Shown here: positions 1 to 8,088 of the stretch, one piece after another
Layout: every line of letters starts with the position of its first letter
Position numbering within the stretch: the first letter of the stretch is position 1
DNA from: a virus
Lineage: Duplodnaviria > Caudoviricetes
DNA length: 64,000 nucleotides
Virus record (IMG/VR): IMGVR_UViG_3300021060_000040
Location: 1-64,000 of that record
Strand: one strand, 5' to 3'
Made by a program: the position numbers and the translations under genes
Notes under the pieces: model-generated
The model's database searches: none
What the model was told of the DNA's origin: nothing
The model's input: only the letters and a program-made list of their open reading frames with translations

Positions 1-936
1 ATGAGCCAGTCCAACCTGCCAGCGCTATCCCGGGCGGAGGAGTTCGCCCGCGCCGCGCTCTCCGAGGCCTCGTTGCGGGCCTATCGGGCCGACTGGGCGC
101 ACTTCCTGGCCTGGTGCGAGGCGGCCGGCCGGCAGGGCCTTCCGGCTTCGGCCGAGACCATCTGCGACTACCTGGCCTCGATGGCCACCACGCATAAGCG
201 CTCGACGATCCAGCGGCGCTTGGTGACGATCGGCCAGGCGCATCGCTTCGCCGGCGAGCCCTGGGCGCGCTCGCACCCGAAAATTCGCAGCACCCTGAAG
301 GGCATGTTCCGCCTTCACGGCCAGCCGGCCACGAAGGCTGCCGCCCTGTGCCTGGATGAGACCGTGCAGCTCGTGGGGGCGTGCGACGGGTTCGCCGGCC
401 TGCGCGATCGGGCGATGTTCCTGGTGGCCTTCGCCGGCGCCCTGCGGCGCTCGGAGGTGGCCGCCATGCAGGTCAGGGACCTGGGCTTCGAGAAGGCCGG
501 CCTGCGCCTGTTCCTGCCGAAATCGAAGACCGACCAGGAGGGCGAGGGCGAGATCCTCGGCATCCCGAATGGGTCGAACCCCGACACCTGCCCGGTGTCC
601 GCGCTGAAGCGCTGGCTGCAGGCTGCGCCGACGGACGGCGCGGTGTTTCGGGCGATCCGCGCCAATGGCGAGGTGATGGATGAGGGGCTGCACCCGGACT
701 CGATCGGCCGGATCCTGCAGAAGCGGGCGGCCGAGGCGGGCATCACGGCGGGCCCGCGCGAGCGCGTCTCGGCCCACGGGCTGCGGGCCGGCTACATCAC
801 CGAGGCCTACCGGCGCGGCGCCCGGGACGAGGAGATCATGGCGCAGAGCCGGCATTCCGATCTGCGCACGATGCACGGCTATATCCGCCGGGCGAAACTG
901 CTGACCGCTGAGCAGAAGGTGTTCGTCGGTTTGTGA
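1..936 (+). CDS. Cre-like tyrosine recombinase/integrase
   Basis: N-terminal SAM-like domain (RAYRADW), catalytic R (LRRSE), K (KSKT), HxxR (HGLR), RH and Y (GYIR). Confidence 0.93.
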   Translation: MSQSNLPALSRAEEFARAALSEASLRAYRADWAHFLAWCEAAGRQGLPASAETICDYLASMATTHKRSTIQRRLVTIGQAHRFAGEPWARSHPKIRSTLKGMFRLHGQPATKAAALCLDETVQLVGACDGFAGLRDRAMFLVAFAGALRRSEVAAMQVRDLGFEKAGLRLFLPKSKTDQEGEGEILGIPNGSNPDTCPVSALKRWLQAAPTDGAVFRAIRANGEVMDEGLHPDSIGRILQKRAAEAGITAGPRERVSAHGLRAGYITEAYRRGARDEEIMAQSRHSDLRTMHGYIRRAKLLTAEQKVFVGL

Positions 937-1002
937 ATCATTTGCACAGTTGCGCGTATGCAAATTAAAGGCTTGCGCGATTGCAACTGGCGCCTTACGT
1001 TC

Positions 1003-1014
1003 TGACAAATGTCA
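1003..1014. promoter_or_regulatory. Palindrome TGACA-AA-TGTCA, probable antitoxin operator
   Basis: Perfect 5-bp inverted repeat about 20 nt upstream of the antitoxin start. Confidence 0.45.
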
Positions 1015-1033
1015 TGACGACAAGGAGGTCAGC

Positions 1034-1261
1034 ATGATCGCACTCAAGGTGACCCAGAATGGCAACTCCCTCAGCCTGACGCTGCCGAAGGAGGCCTCCA
1101 CCCGGCTGAAGGTCGAGAAGGGCGACGTCGTCCATCTGACCGAAGCACCGGACGGGAGCTACAGGCTCACGCCCTACAACCCGGACTTCGAGAGCCAGAT
1201 GGCCGTCGCGCAGACGGTCATGAAGCGTCGTCGCGAGGCTCTGCGCGAGCTCGCGAAGTAG
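1034..1261 (+). CDS. AbrB/MazE-family antitoxin
   Basis: LKVTQNGNSLSLTLPK...LKVEKGD swapped-hairpin motif; AAGGAGG RBS; directly upstream of Doc. Confidence 0.9.
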   Translation: MIALKVTQNGNSLSLTLPKEASTRLKVEKGDVVHLTEAPDGSYRLTPYNPDFESQMAVAQTVMKRRREALRELAK

Positions 1262-1270
1262 GGCTTCTCG

Positions 1271-1648
1271 ATGAGGGTATGGGTACTCAAGGACGTCGTG
1301 TGCGCTTTGCACGACGAGCAGTTGGCTGAGCACGGCGGACCGGCAGGCATCCGCGCCGAGGGGATGCTCGACTCCGCCCTCGGCCGGCCACAGAACCTGG
1401 AAGCCTACGGCGACCCGCCGCCCGATCTCGCCGATCTGGCAGCGGCCTACGCCTTCGGCTTGGCGAAGAACCACGGTTTCGTGGACGGGAACAAGCGGAC
1501 CTCGATGGTCGTGACCGAAACGTTCCTCGAGCTGAACGGACGGCCGCTGACCGCCACGAACGCCGAGATCGTAACCGCGTGGCTGGCGCTCGCTGGAGAC
1601 GAGATGGACGAAGCGGCCATGGCCGCCTGGATCAGGGCGCGGATCTAG
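1271..1648 (+). CDS. doc: Doc (Fic-family) death-on-curing toxin
   Basis: HGFVDGNKR Fic/Doc motif. Confidence 0.92.
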   Translation: MRVWVLKDVVCALHDEQLAEHGGPAGIRAEGMLDSALGRPQNLEAYGDPPPDLADLAAAYAFGLAKNHGFVDGNKRTSMVVTETFLELNGRPLTATNAEIVTAWLALAGDEMDEAAMAAWIRARI

Positions 1649-2423
1649 CTTGTGAATGCTGGTCGCCGGCTGTGTCGGCGACCAGCTCCGTCACCCGGAA
1701 CTCGAGACCGCGCCCGCCGGTCGCCCTGCGCCGTTCGACGTTTTGGTAGCGCTGAGCCAGGTAGCGCAGCACCTCCGAAGTTCGGCTCGATGAGATCTCG
1801 CAGGCCTCGGCAATATCGGCGGTTGTCATCCATACGCCCCGAGCCTGAAGAAGCTCGATAACCTGTTCAACTTGTTGATCGAATTGACTGCCCGACGCTC
1901 CGGGCCAGTTCGAAGGCACCTCAGCCACCTGCTCCAGAACAATGTCTGTTCTTGGTGGCGGCTCCTTCTCGTCGACCTTGACGTAAGAGTTTGGCCCACC
2001 TTGGCCGTCGATCGGTCTTAGTCGGGCGAAGAGCTCGTTCCCGCGGCCTGGCTGTCGATTGGGATCGCGTGTGCCGAGCTGCAAGATGCCCTCGCTCGCC
2101 AGGTGACGGAGGCGCAGAACGATCTCGTTGGGCGCGTAATCGAGCGCTCGACCGATCTCCGCGGCGGATTGCCAATGGCCGCCTTCGAAAAACGCGAGAA
2201 TTGCAACACGCTCAGCACGCAAATCGGTGCTTTGAAATGTATGCCGTTTTACGATTAAACTAATCGCACCTCGATTATCGAGAGGCTCCAACAGGCTTAT
2301 AACTTTATCGATAGTTAACCGATCTTCTTCAGTCGTTATTTCTTTAAATACAGTCGCTGAAAGATATAGGCGCTCAAATGTTTGTTTTATGGCCATGAAT
2401 GCAATCCGCATTGAACAGCCCAA
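1632..2423 (-). CDS. Hypothetical protein with two winged-HTH-like domains (start uncertain)
   Basis: SAAEIGRAL..LRHL and TTADIAEAC..SSRTSEVLRYL repeats; lower GC than flanks. Confidence 0.6.
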   Translation of the reverse strand: MGCSMRIAFMAIKQTFERLYLSATVFKEITTEEDRLTIDKVISLLEPLDNRGAISLIVKRHTFQSTDLRAERVAILAFFEGGHWQSAAEIGRALDYAPNEIVLRLRHLASEGILQLGTRDPNRQPGRGNELFARLRPIDGQGGPNSYVKVDEKEPPPRTDIVLEQVAEVPSNWPGASGSQFDQQVEQVIELLQARGVWMTTADIAEACEISSSRTSEVLRYLAQRYQNVERRRATGGRGLEFRVTELVADTAGDQHSQARSAP

Positions 2424-2523
2424 CGGGCGCCCGCTCGGGGACTGAGCATATCAAGAAGCTAAGCCATATCCCAACCGCAAGAGCAACGAGACGGAACAGA
2501 CGCTCCGTCCCAGCGCCCCTACC

Positions 2524-2844
2524 TTACGCCCAGAGTGGATTCTCCTCAATCTGCGGAAGCACGGCGTCGGCCGAAATCCGCTCCCGCTCCGTGTCGTGAT
2601 ACGGTCTCCAGTACGGCGGGTGCGTGACAAGATCCCGGTCGGCGACCTGCGGCAGCAACGTGCCGCAGATCCACGCCTGGGCACTCGGGTCGACACCCTC
2701 GGTTGGGCGCACCAGGACGGCGCGCTCGTACGCGTCTCGGATTTCCTGGCCGTAGACCAGGGGGACGCACTTCTCCGCGTCCAGGCCAGCCCACTTGATC
2801 AGGGCGTTGGCGTGGGCGAGCGACCCGGCGACGACGGCATACAT
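2524..2844 (-). CDS. Hypothetical protein
   Basis: MYAVVAGS...; TAATG coupling to the upstream gene. Confidence 0.65.
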   Translation of the reverse strand: MYAVVAGSLAHANALIKWAGLDAEKCVPLVYGQEIRDAYERAVLVRPTEGVDPSAQAWICGTLLPQVADRDLVTHPPYWRPYHDTERERISADAVLPQIEENPLWA

Positions 2845-3284
2845 TACGCGAGGCCGACGCCGGCCCGCTGCAGGACCGCGGCGAGCCACGCGGGGTTCTC
2901 CTGAAACAGGGTGATCAGCGACTTGGCGAGCACCGTGACGGCATGCTCCTCGTCGAACTCGCCGCCCATGCCGCGCAGGCCCGTGGTCTCCCACAGGGAG
3001 TGAACCACCTCGTGCATCATGACCTCGGCCTCCATCGACGGCTTCATGCCCTCGAGCAGTTTGATCTCGAGCTGGAAGTAGTCGTGCTCTCCGATGCGGC
3101 TGTTCTGCATCGAGTACAGCATGTCGAAGGTGCCCAGGTCGTAGGTATGCGGGCCAATCTTCAGCGTCTCGGGGAAGGGCATCAGCTTCTCGGCCTCGGC
3201 CTCGGCTTCGGCATCCGGCTCTGCTTGCTCGGCCTTCACCGCTTTCGGCGCCTTGGTGACCATCTTTGTGCTGCGCGGAACCAT
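2844..3284 (-). CDS. HExxH zinc metallopeptidase-like phage protein
   Basis: MMHEVVHSL motif, downstream EE; RBS present. Confidence 0.65.
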   Translation of the reverse strand: MVPRSTKMVTKAPKAVKAEQAEPDAEAEAEAEKLMPFPETLKIGPHTYDLGTFDMLYSMQNSRIGEHDYFQLEIKLLEGMKPSMEAEVMMHEVVHSLWETTGLRGMGGEFDEEHAVTVLAKSLITLFQENPAWLAAVLQRAGVGLA

Positions 3285-3374
3285 TGGTGGTCCTCTTGTT
3301 GTTCAGAGAAAAATCAGCTCGCCATCGAGGGCGAGGGGGCATCGAGGTGCAGGCCGGCGTCCTAGCCGGCCGTG

Positions 3375-3557
3375 TCATTTGCCCTTGGGCTTCGGCTTGG
3401 TGCTGGCGAGCGCGGCCAGCTTCGCGGATTCGGATGCGGCGATCTTCTTGGCGGCGCCGTGCCGCTGGCGGTCCGCCTGGATTTCGGCGGCACGCTTCAG
3501 GGTGTCCAGATCGTTCTGGGCCTGCCACTTCTTCTGCTCAGCGCTGACGCGGGGCAT
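3375..3557 (-). CDS. Small basic hypothetical protein
   Basis: 60-aa ORF with GAGG RBS. Confidence 0.65.
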   Translation of the reverse strand: MPRVSAEQKKWQAQNDLDTLKRAAEIQADRQRHGAAKKIAASESAKLAALASTKPKPKGK

Positions 3558-3583
3558 TGTTTGCCTCTTGGTTGTTGATTGAC

Positions 3584-4211
3584 GGTGCCGACGTGGCAGG
3601 GGAGCGAGAGCCGCTGATCCCTATCGGTCCGGCCGGGGAGCCTAAGGCTGTGCGGTCCGGTCCTGCGCGGCCCATCCCGAGCCCAAGGGACCAGGACGCC
3701 ACGTCGATGGTGCAGACAGGGGTGGGACTCGAACCCGCCGGCGGGCGTCACGCCTTGAGACCAAACCGGGCTGCGACCCGGGATGCCCCTGTCGAAACTT
3801 CGCGTGCGTGCGCGGCGCACGAGAAGAATGAATGGCTCCACCCCGCGCTGCTTTCGCGACCAGCCGCAGGGCACCCCGTCGTTTCGGGCGCTCCGGTATG
3901 AACACGCCGATCTGGGCGCGCAGGCAGCTCGGGGAGCCGACCTGTGAATTCCTTGGGCCCGACCGCACGCGCGGCGGCCAGGCCCCCACACCCCGCCCTT
4001 CGTGTATCCCGCGTTGCGCAGGGACCGCGGCTCGAGCACGGCCGTGGTGGGATCCGAGGCCTTAGGACCTGAGCGGTCCAGAGGGGTCCACGCCTCGAAA
4101 CTTGATCGGACCGCCGCTCTCCATCCTTCCGGGTAGGAGCCGCCTCGCACGCGAGGTCGCCTCGAAAACAGCGGTCCGAGAGCCCATCCCGCCTTGGGCG
4201 GGTGGACGAGC
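3584..4211 (-). ncRNA. Candidate structured non-coding RNA region downstream of the tRNA
   Basis: No credible ORF; contiguous helices (16 bp 4106-4121/4164-4179, 12 bp 3955-3966/3974-3985, 9 bp 3589-3597/3698-3706); G.U pairs form only on the minus strand. Confidence 0.55.
3708..3793 (-). ncRNA. tRNA-like element with acceptor-like stem and T-loop but no canonical anticodon arm
   Basis: GACAGGG/CCCTGTC stem, GGG-TTCGAGT-CCC T-loop, 3' TGCACCA. Confidence 0.55.
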
Positions 4212-4286
4212 TGGTACCAAGGGCAGGATTTGAACCTGCGACCACCGGGTTATGGGTCCGGTGCTCTACCGCTGAGCTACCCTGGT
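4212..4286 (-). tRNA. tRNA with CAT anticodon (Met/fMet/Ile2), atypical
   Basis: ACCAGGG TA GCTC AGCGGTA GAGC A CCGGA CC CAT AA CCCGG TGGTC GCAGG TTCAAAT CCTGC CCTTGGT A CCA cloverleaf. Confidence 0.9.
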
Positions 4287-4291
4287 GCGGA

Positions 4292-4423
4292 TCAGGCCTG
4301 AGAGACCTGGTCCTCGTGCTGGTGCCACCTCTCCTGGCGGAGCAGCACGATGTCGTGGTGGACGACGAGGAAGATGGCCGGCGCGAAGAACATGATCGCG
4401 ACAATGGCTCCGAAGATTTCCAT
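4292..4423 (-). CDS. Small membrane protein
   Basis: 43 aa, hydrophobic N-terminus MEIFGAIVAIMFFAPAIFLVV. Confidence 0.5.
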   Translation of the reverse strand: MEIFGAIVAIMFFAPAIFLVVHHDIVLLRQERWHQHEDQVSQA

Positions 4424-4440
4424 CCGTCTATCCCTTGAAT

Positions 4441-4630
4441 TGGAACACCTATTTTGCCACGGTTTGCCGCTCTCGCGGCCTATCCCGGGTGAGCCCTTCC
4501 GGCATATCCTTGCTCTACGCCTCACGACTACTTATTCCGACCATAGTACGCCGTGCTTAGGGCACCCACATCCGCCCCGAAGGGGCCGGGGAGTCGAACC
4601 CCGCACCTGCATCTGTCGCGCCTAACCTGG
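4441..4630 (-). ncRNA. Candidate structured RNA with a T-loop hairpin
   Basis: CGGGG-TTCGACT-CCCCG hairpin (4587-4603) inside a closed stem, plus C(UUCG)G and GAGA tetraloop hairpins. Confidence 0.45.
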
Positions 4631-4749
4631 GGCATCATCGTTTTCCGGTGGTAGCGGCACCGGCTGAGGTTTCTCCTGGGGGTGGGCGTCTCGTTGCTGC
4701 TGTTCGAAAATCAGCAGCGAATTTCTGTCGGGCCCGGCTGGGGCGGCGG

Positions 4750-5031
4750 TCAGATCCGTGACCGCTTGCGGTAGAAGACCAGGCCGCGGTGGCAGAGCCA
4801 CAGGATGATGTGCCGGCCGGCCAGGTCCTCGTAGTATCGCAGCGACAGGCGGTTTCCGAACCCGAAGGCGAGGCGCCGCCCCTGCTGGATGTCGAGGCTG
4901 CCCTCGCAGATGAACTTGCCGGCCTGGCCCCCGTGCTTCCAGAGCTCGACCGACCAGAAGCTCTTGTCGATCGCCGGCTGGTTCGAGACCAGCTGCAGCA
5001 TGTTGGGCGTGTAGCGCCGGAAGAAGCGCAT
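4750..5031 (-). CDS. Hypothetical protein
   Basis: MRFFRRYTPN...; TGATG coupling to thioredoxin. Confidence 0.6.
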   Translation of the reverse strand: MRFFRRYTPNMLQLVSNQPAIDKSFWSVELWKHGGQAGKFICEGSLDIQQGRRLAFGFGNRLSLRYYEDLAGRHIILWLCHRGLVFYRKRSRI

Positions 5032-5348
5032 CAGACCGCCTGCTGCTCGACGAAGGCACGGAGCCGGGCCGGGGGAATCCCCCCAGCCGCCATGGCGACG
5101 GCCTCGCCGCCACGGAAGGCGACCAGGGCGGGGACGCCGCGGACGCTGTTGGCCTGGGCGGCGCGGGCCGCCTGCTCGACGTCGGCCGACACCACCTTCA
5201 CGCGGCCAGCGTGGACGCCGGCGAGCTCCCCGAGCAGGGGCTTGAGGGCGCGGCAGGGCTGGCACCAGGAGGCGCCGAAGAGGACGACGACCGGCAGCTC
5301 GGCGCGGACGACCTCATCCTCGAAGGTGGCGTCGGTGACGGCGATCAT
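5031..5348 (-). CDS. trxA: Thioredoxin
   Basis: VTDATFEDEV, WCQPC active site, VRGVP cis-Pro motif. Confidence 0.9.
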   Translation of the reverse strand: MIAVTDATFEDEVVRAELPVVVLFGASWCQPCRALKPLLGELAGVHAGRVKVVSADVEQAARAAQANSVRGVPALVAFRGGEAVAMAAGGIPPARLRAFVEQQAV

Positions 5349-5354
5349 GGCGGA

Positions 5355-5585
5355 TCAGGCGGCCTTCTTGGAGGCCTTCGCGCTGCCCTTCCCCGCGGGC
5401 TTCACGACGGTGCAGCTGCCCGGGCGGACATTGCGCTCGACGCCGTTGGCATCCCGGGTGGTCAGGAACTTGCCGCGGCCGCTCTCGTAGGAGCCGGTCA
5501 CGACGGCCTCGACCTTGTTGCCCCAGCGCGGGGACGAGACGAAGGACACGGTGTCGTCGGTATTGATGGTGGGGTTTTCGCTCAC
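5355..5585 (-). CDS. Hypothetical small beta-rich protein
   Basis: GTG start after GGAG; ends KKAA. Confidence 0.65.
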   Translation of the reverse strand: MSENPTINTDDTVSFVSSPRWGNKVEAVVTGSYESGRGKFLTTRDANGVERNVRPGSCTVVKPAGKGSAKASKKAA

Positions 5586-5599
5586 AGGGGTGTTTTCTC

Positions 5600-5946
5600 C
5601 AAAGGGTGCCGGGTTCTCTCCACCCGGCGAAGTCACGGCCTGCGCCTTCCGTCCTCGGCATGCCCGATCCGACTGCAGCGGGCTCGAGGGGCTCCGGGGA
5701 GCGTGCTCAGGCAGTGCCGCGAGTAGCGTCGTTGGCATCTCGTGGGCCGGCCACGCCGGCCGGCCGAATTCCGGGCTGCGGGCGGAGGGGTTGTGGCAGC
5801 GCCGCCCCTCGAACCCGCAGCTGATCGCCGGCATCTCTCCCGGCTGTCACGCCCTCAGGTGACGTTGCCCATCGGCTGGCGTGCGGCCGCGCCAGTCGAT
5901 CTCTTGACCGGCGAAGCCGGTCGTTACGCGAAGATCTCGGACCCGC
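5600..5946 (-). ncRNA. Hairpin-dense intergenic tract, candidate ncRNA or leader
   Basis: At least 7 consecutive hairpins, e.g. GACCGGC/GCCGGTC, GCTGCGGG..GAGGGG/CCCCTC..CCCGCAGC, GCCGGGT/ACCCGGC. Confidence 0.35.
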
Positions 5947-6096
5947 TCATCGCGTGGCCTGCGAGGCGGGTGGCGGGTTGGCGGCTGCCGGTGCGCCCGC
6001 GATGGCGCAGCTCGATGCGAGCGCGGCGATCAGGGCAGCGAGTGCGCCCTTCTTGAAGGGTCGGCGTCCAGGTCCTTCCGGCAGCTTGGTGCTCAT
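5947..6096 (-). CDS. Small hypothetical protein with signal-like segment
   Basis: MSTKLPEG...ALAALIAALASSC; ATGA overlap with upstream gene. Confidence 0.45.
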   Translation of the reverse strand: MSTKLPEGPGRRPFKKGALAALIAALASSCAIAGAPAAANPPPASQATR

Positions 6097-6338
6097 CTCG
6101 GCCTCTCGATCGACAGGAAACCCTTGCGGTCGATGTTCTGCTTGGTGCGGAGCGCCTCGGCCGACAGCTCGAAGGCGTAGACCTGCTGGACGTGCCAGAA
6201 ATCCCGGTCTTGCCGGGGCGTGCCGTCCAGGAGCTCGACCTTTGCGCCCTCGATGGCCGCCCTCTTGGGGATCCAGGCCGTGATGCGCCGTTCGCCTTGC
6301 GTCAGAGCGCACTGCTGGTAGCTTTCGCCGTTGGCCAT
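6093..6338 (-). CDS. Hypothetical protein
   Basis: 81 aa, first gene of the leftward operon. Confidence 0.65.
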   Translation of the reverse strand: MANGESYQQCALTQGERRITAWIPKRAAIEGAKVELLDGTPRQDRDFWHVQQVYAFELSAEALRTKQNIDRKGFLSIERPR

Positions 6339-6404
6339 GGATCCCCACCCGGGACGATCAGGACGTCGTTCGCTGCTCCCGGGGGTAAGCCCTGCGGCTC
6401 AAAT

Positions 6405-6450
6405 CCGTTTGCATTTCGTTTGCATAGCGCAAACGCGCAAGCGCTGTCAA
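6405..6450 (-). promoter_or_regulatory. sigma70-like promoter overlapped by a variant of the element motif
   Basis: Minus strand TTGACA-N17-CTATGC; spacer and -10 read GCTTGCGCGTTTGCGCTATGCAAAC. Confidence 0.6.
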
Positions 6451-6606
6451 CTCCCCCGCGCCGAGCGGCTGCAGCACCGCCTCGATCGGACCGGTCCACA
6501 ATTTTGTAGGACCATCTGCCTAAGTTCTTGTTTCGTTCCTGTTTGCCGCTTGCTAGATGACGCAAACGGGCTCAGATTGGCTCGGTTCGTGGCGCGGGGG
6601 ATTGAA

Positions 6607-7056
6607 ATGTACTACTGGGACCATCCGACTTCTGATCTCCCGGCGCATTCACCCGAGACAAAGCTCACCTATAGGATATATGATGTCGATCGCGCCAATA
6701 AGGCGAAGCATCAGAAAGTGTACCCGGCCATGATGATGTCCATGAGCCACATGGCAAGGCGGTTCGAGACCGATATGCGGCGCGAGGTCGCCGATCTGAT
6801 CCGTGAAGCTCGTCGTCAGGCGGCGGCCGAGCCGGCGGCTCCGGTGCGGGAAGAATGGTCACAGGCGCGCCCAGGCGCCGAGGAGGCCTACGCGGACCTC
6901 GGCTACCACACGGCGGGCTATCCGGCGGTGGTGCTGCGGGGCTCCGAGAACGAGTTGGTCGCTCCGATGACGCCGGACGAGATGGAGGAATTCGGGGACC
7001 GGATGATTCGGACCGCGACTAGCCTAAGAAACGGCGGCGGTATAGAGCCTGAATAA
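6607..7056 (+). CDS. Hypothetical protein (C-terminal domain paralogous to next gene)
   Basis: ORF; shared YH-G-AV-VAPM motif. Confidence 0.6.
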   Translation: MYYWDHPTSDLPAHSPETKLTYRIYDVDRANKAKHQKVYPAMMMSMSHMARRFETDMRREVADLIREARRQAAAEPAAPVREEWSQARPGAEEAYADLGYHTAGYPAVVLRGSENELVAPMTPDEMEEFGDRMIRTATSLRNGGGIEPE

Positions 7057-7150
7057 CAGACTAGAGCCGCTGTCGACAATTTTTCGACTTGCCATTTGCG
7101 CGCAAGCATGTTGCAAATTGCGCATCGCTTGTCACACCTATGGGTCGCAT

Positions 7151-7834
7151 ATGCCAAGCAACGCCGTCATCGAAGCCCGAACCGCCCCTCCGACCCAACG
7201 CGCGCGCGCAAAATCCAGGCCGACGCTCATGGCCCGCCTGGGTTCCGCGGCCACGAGGGCCCTGGAGATGCGGTTCCTGGTTTCCGCCTACAGGCTCGAG
7301 AACGTGGCCCGTCAGATCCGGGGGGAGCCGCTAACCCGCGCCCAGCGGTCCGCGGGCATCGAAAGGATCATGTACCCGGAGGATGCGAACACCATCGATC
7401 TGGTGGCAACCGACATCACTCCGGAGCAGCCCTCGGTCGAGCCGAAGGCCCAGGTGAAGGCTCCGGCCAAACCCAAGGCCCCGGCAAAGGCGAAGGCCGG
7501 CAAGCGTCCGGCGAAGGCGACCGCGAAGGAGCCGACAAAAAGGCGGAACCCGACCCGGGAAAAGGGTGCAGCTCAGATCGCTGCAGAGCTGGAGACGATC
7601 GCAACCACTCCGATATCCGCGGCGCTCGGCCGGCCCGCAGTGGGCGAGGGGACCCTTGAGGTCTGCTATCATAGTGGCTTTGTGGCCGTGAAGATCACCA
7701 GCGCCCATGGGACGATGGTCGCACCGATGATCGGATCGGAGGTCTGGTCGACGAGTGATGCCTTGATCGATCACCAGAACCGACTCGACAATGGTCGGCC
7801 CTTCCCGACCACCCCGACGTACCCGAACGACTGA
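7151..7834 (+). CDS. Hypothetical protein with Lys/Ala/Pro-rich linker
   Basis: KAPAKPKAPAKAK linker; C-terminal domain shared with previous gene. Confidence 0.65.
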   Translation: MPSNAVIEARTAPPTQRARAKSRPTLMARLGSAATRALEMRFLVSAYRLENVARQIRGEPLTRAQRSAGIERIMYPEDANTIDLVATDITPEQPSVEPKAQVKAPAKPKAPAKAKAGKRPAKATAKEPTKRRNPTREKGAAQIAAELETIATTPISAALGRPAVGEGTLEVCYHSGFVAVKITSAHGTMVAPMIGSEVWSTSDALIDHQNRLDNGRPFPTTPTYPND

Positions 7835-7884
7835 CCCCCGGTGGCCCGCGGCGCTTGGGGGCTCTCTCCCCGCGCAGCGGGCCG

Positions 7885-8088
7885 CTACAACGGGCTTCCG
7901 TGCCCGTCGCGCGGGTCGGCGAAGGTCAGCAGGCCCTCGAAGATCCGCGCGAATTCCGGCGGCTCCCAGGCGCGCTCGTCGCCCTCGTCGATCTCGAGCC
8001 AGGCGGCCCACTCGGCCGAGCGGTCGACCGGGACGATGTAGGTGTGGCCGGAATTATCCCGGCCGATGCAGTAGCGGACCTCGCTCAT
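7885..8088 (-). CDS. Hypothetical protein
   Basis: ATGA-coupled small ORF. Confidence 0.65.
   Translation of the reverse strand: MSEVRYCIGRDNSGHTYIVPVDRSAEWAAWLEIDEGDERAWEPPEFARIFEGLLTFADPRDGHGSPL

Noticed and set aside
3584-4750. Two-piece tmRNA gene
   Set aside because: No GGGG acceptor 5' strand with G3.U70 and no ANDN...AA tag frame found
5600-5850. Glycine riboswitch (GGAGAGA motifs)
   Set aside because: The following CCGAAGG and CUCAGG consensus elements are not in place, and no glycine genes are downstream
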